Source: Chrysomallon squamiferum (lineage: Eukaryota; Animalia; Mollusca). Taken from it: 64,000 nt of DNA. The position numbers were made by a program, and so were the translations under genes. The stretch is taken from assembly GCA_012295275.1 (NCBI GenBank), contig CM022671.1, forward strand, positions 8,618,001 to 8,682,000, given 5' to 3'. The notes under the pieces are model-generated. The model saw nothing but the letters and a program-made list of their open reading frames with translations. It was not told the origin of the DNA and did not search any database. The stretch's first letter is position 1, and each line of letters starts with the position of its first letter. Of the stretch, positions 44,563-64,000 are shown one piece after another.

Positions 44563-64000
<19,438 letters not shown>

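Overview
AT-rich, microsatellite-laden animal genomic DNA with spliceosomal introns; it looks molluscan, probably gastropod, but that is inference only. Most of the supplied ORF track is low-complexity noise. The main gene is a plus-strand SLC26 (SulP/prestin-like) anion transporter. Fourteen common coding exons run from 44563 to the window end, splice phases are consistent, one intron needs a GC donor, and the gene continues past 64000 inside the STAS domain. Upstream, over about 29 kb, are up to four candidate alternative first exons. All end in phase-1 donors compatible with the common exon, and two of them (14750, 22947) share a conserved C-terminal peptide motif. CpG frequency drops sharply at about 44 kb, just after the most proximal candidate promoter. 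A probable divergent minus-strand gene begins near 11.2 kb. Its intronic region (0.6-10.2 kb) holds a decayed Penelope-like retroelement, a MULE transposase remnant, a foldback element and a locally amplified repeat. A Tigger/pogo deletion derivative lies at 38.5-39.3 kb. No prokaryotic systems, CRISPR arrays, rRNA or intact tRNA genes were seen.
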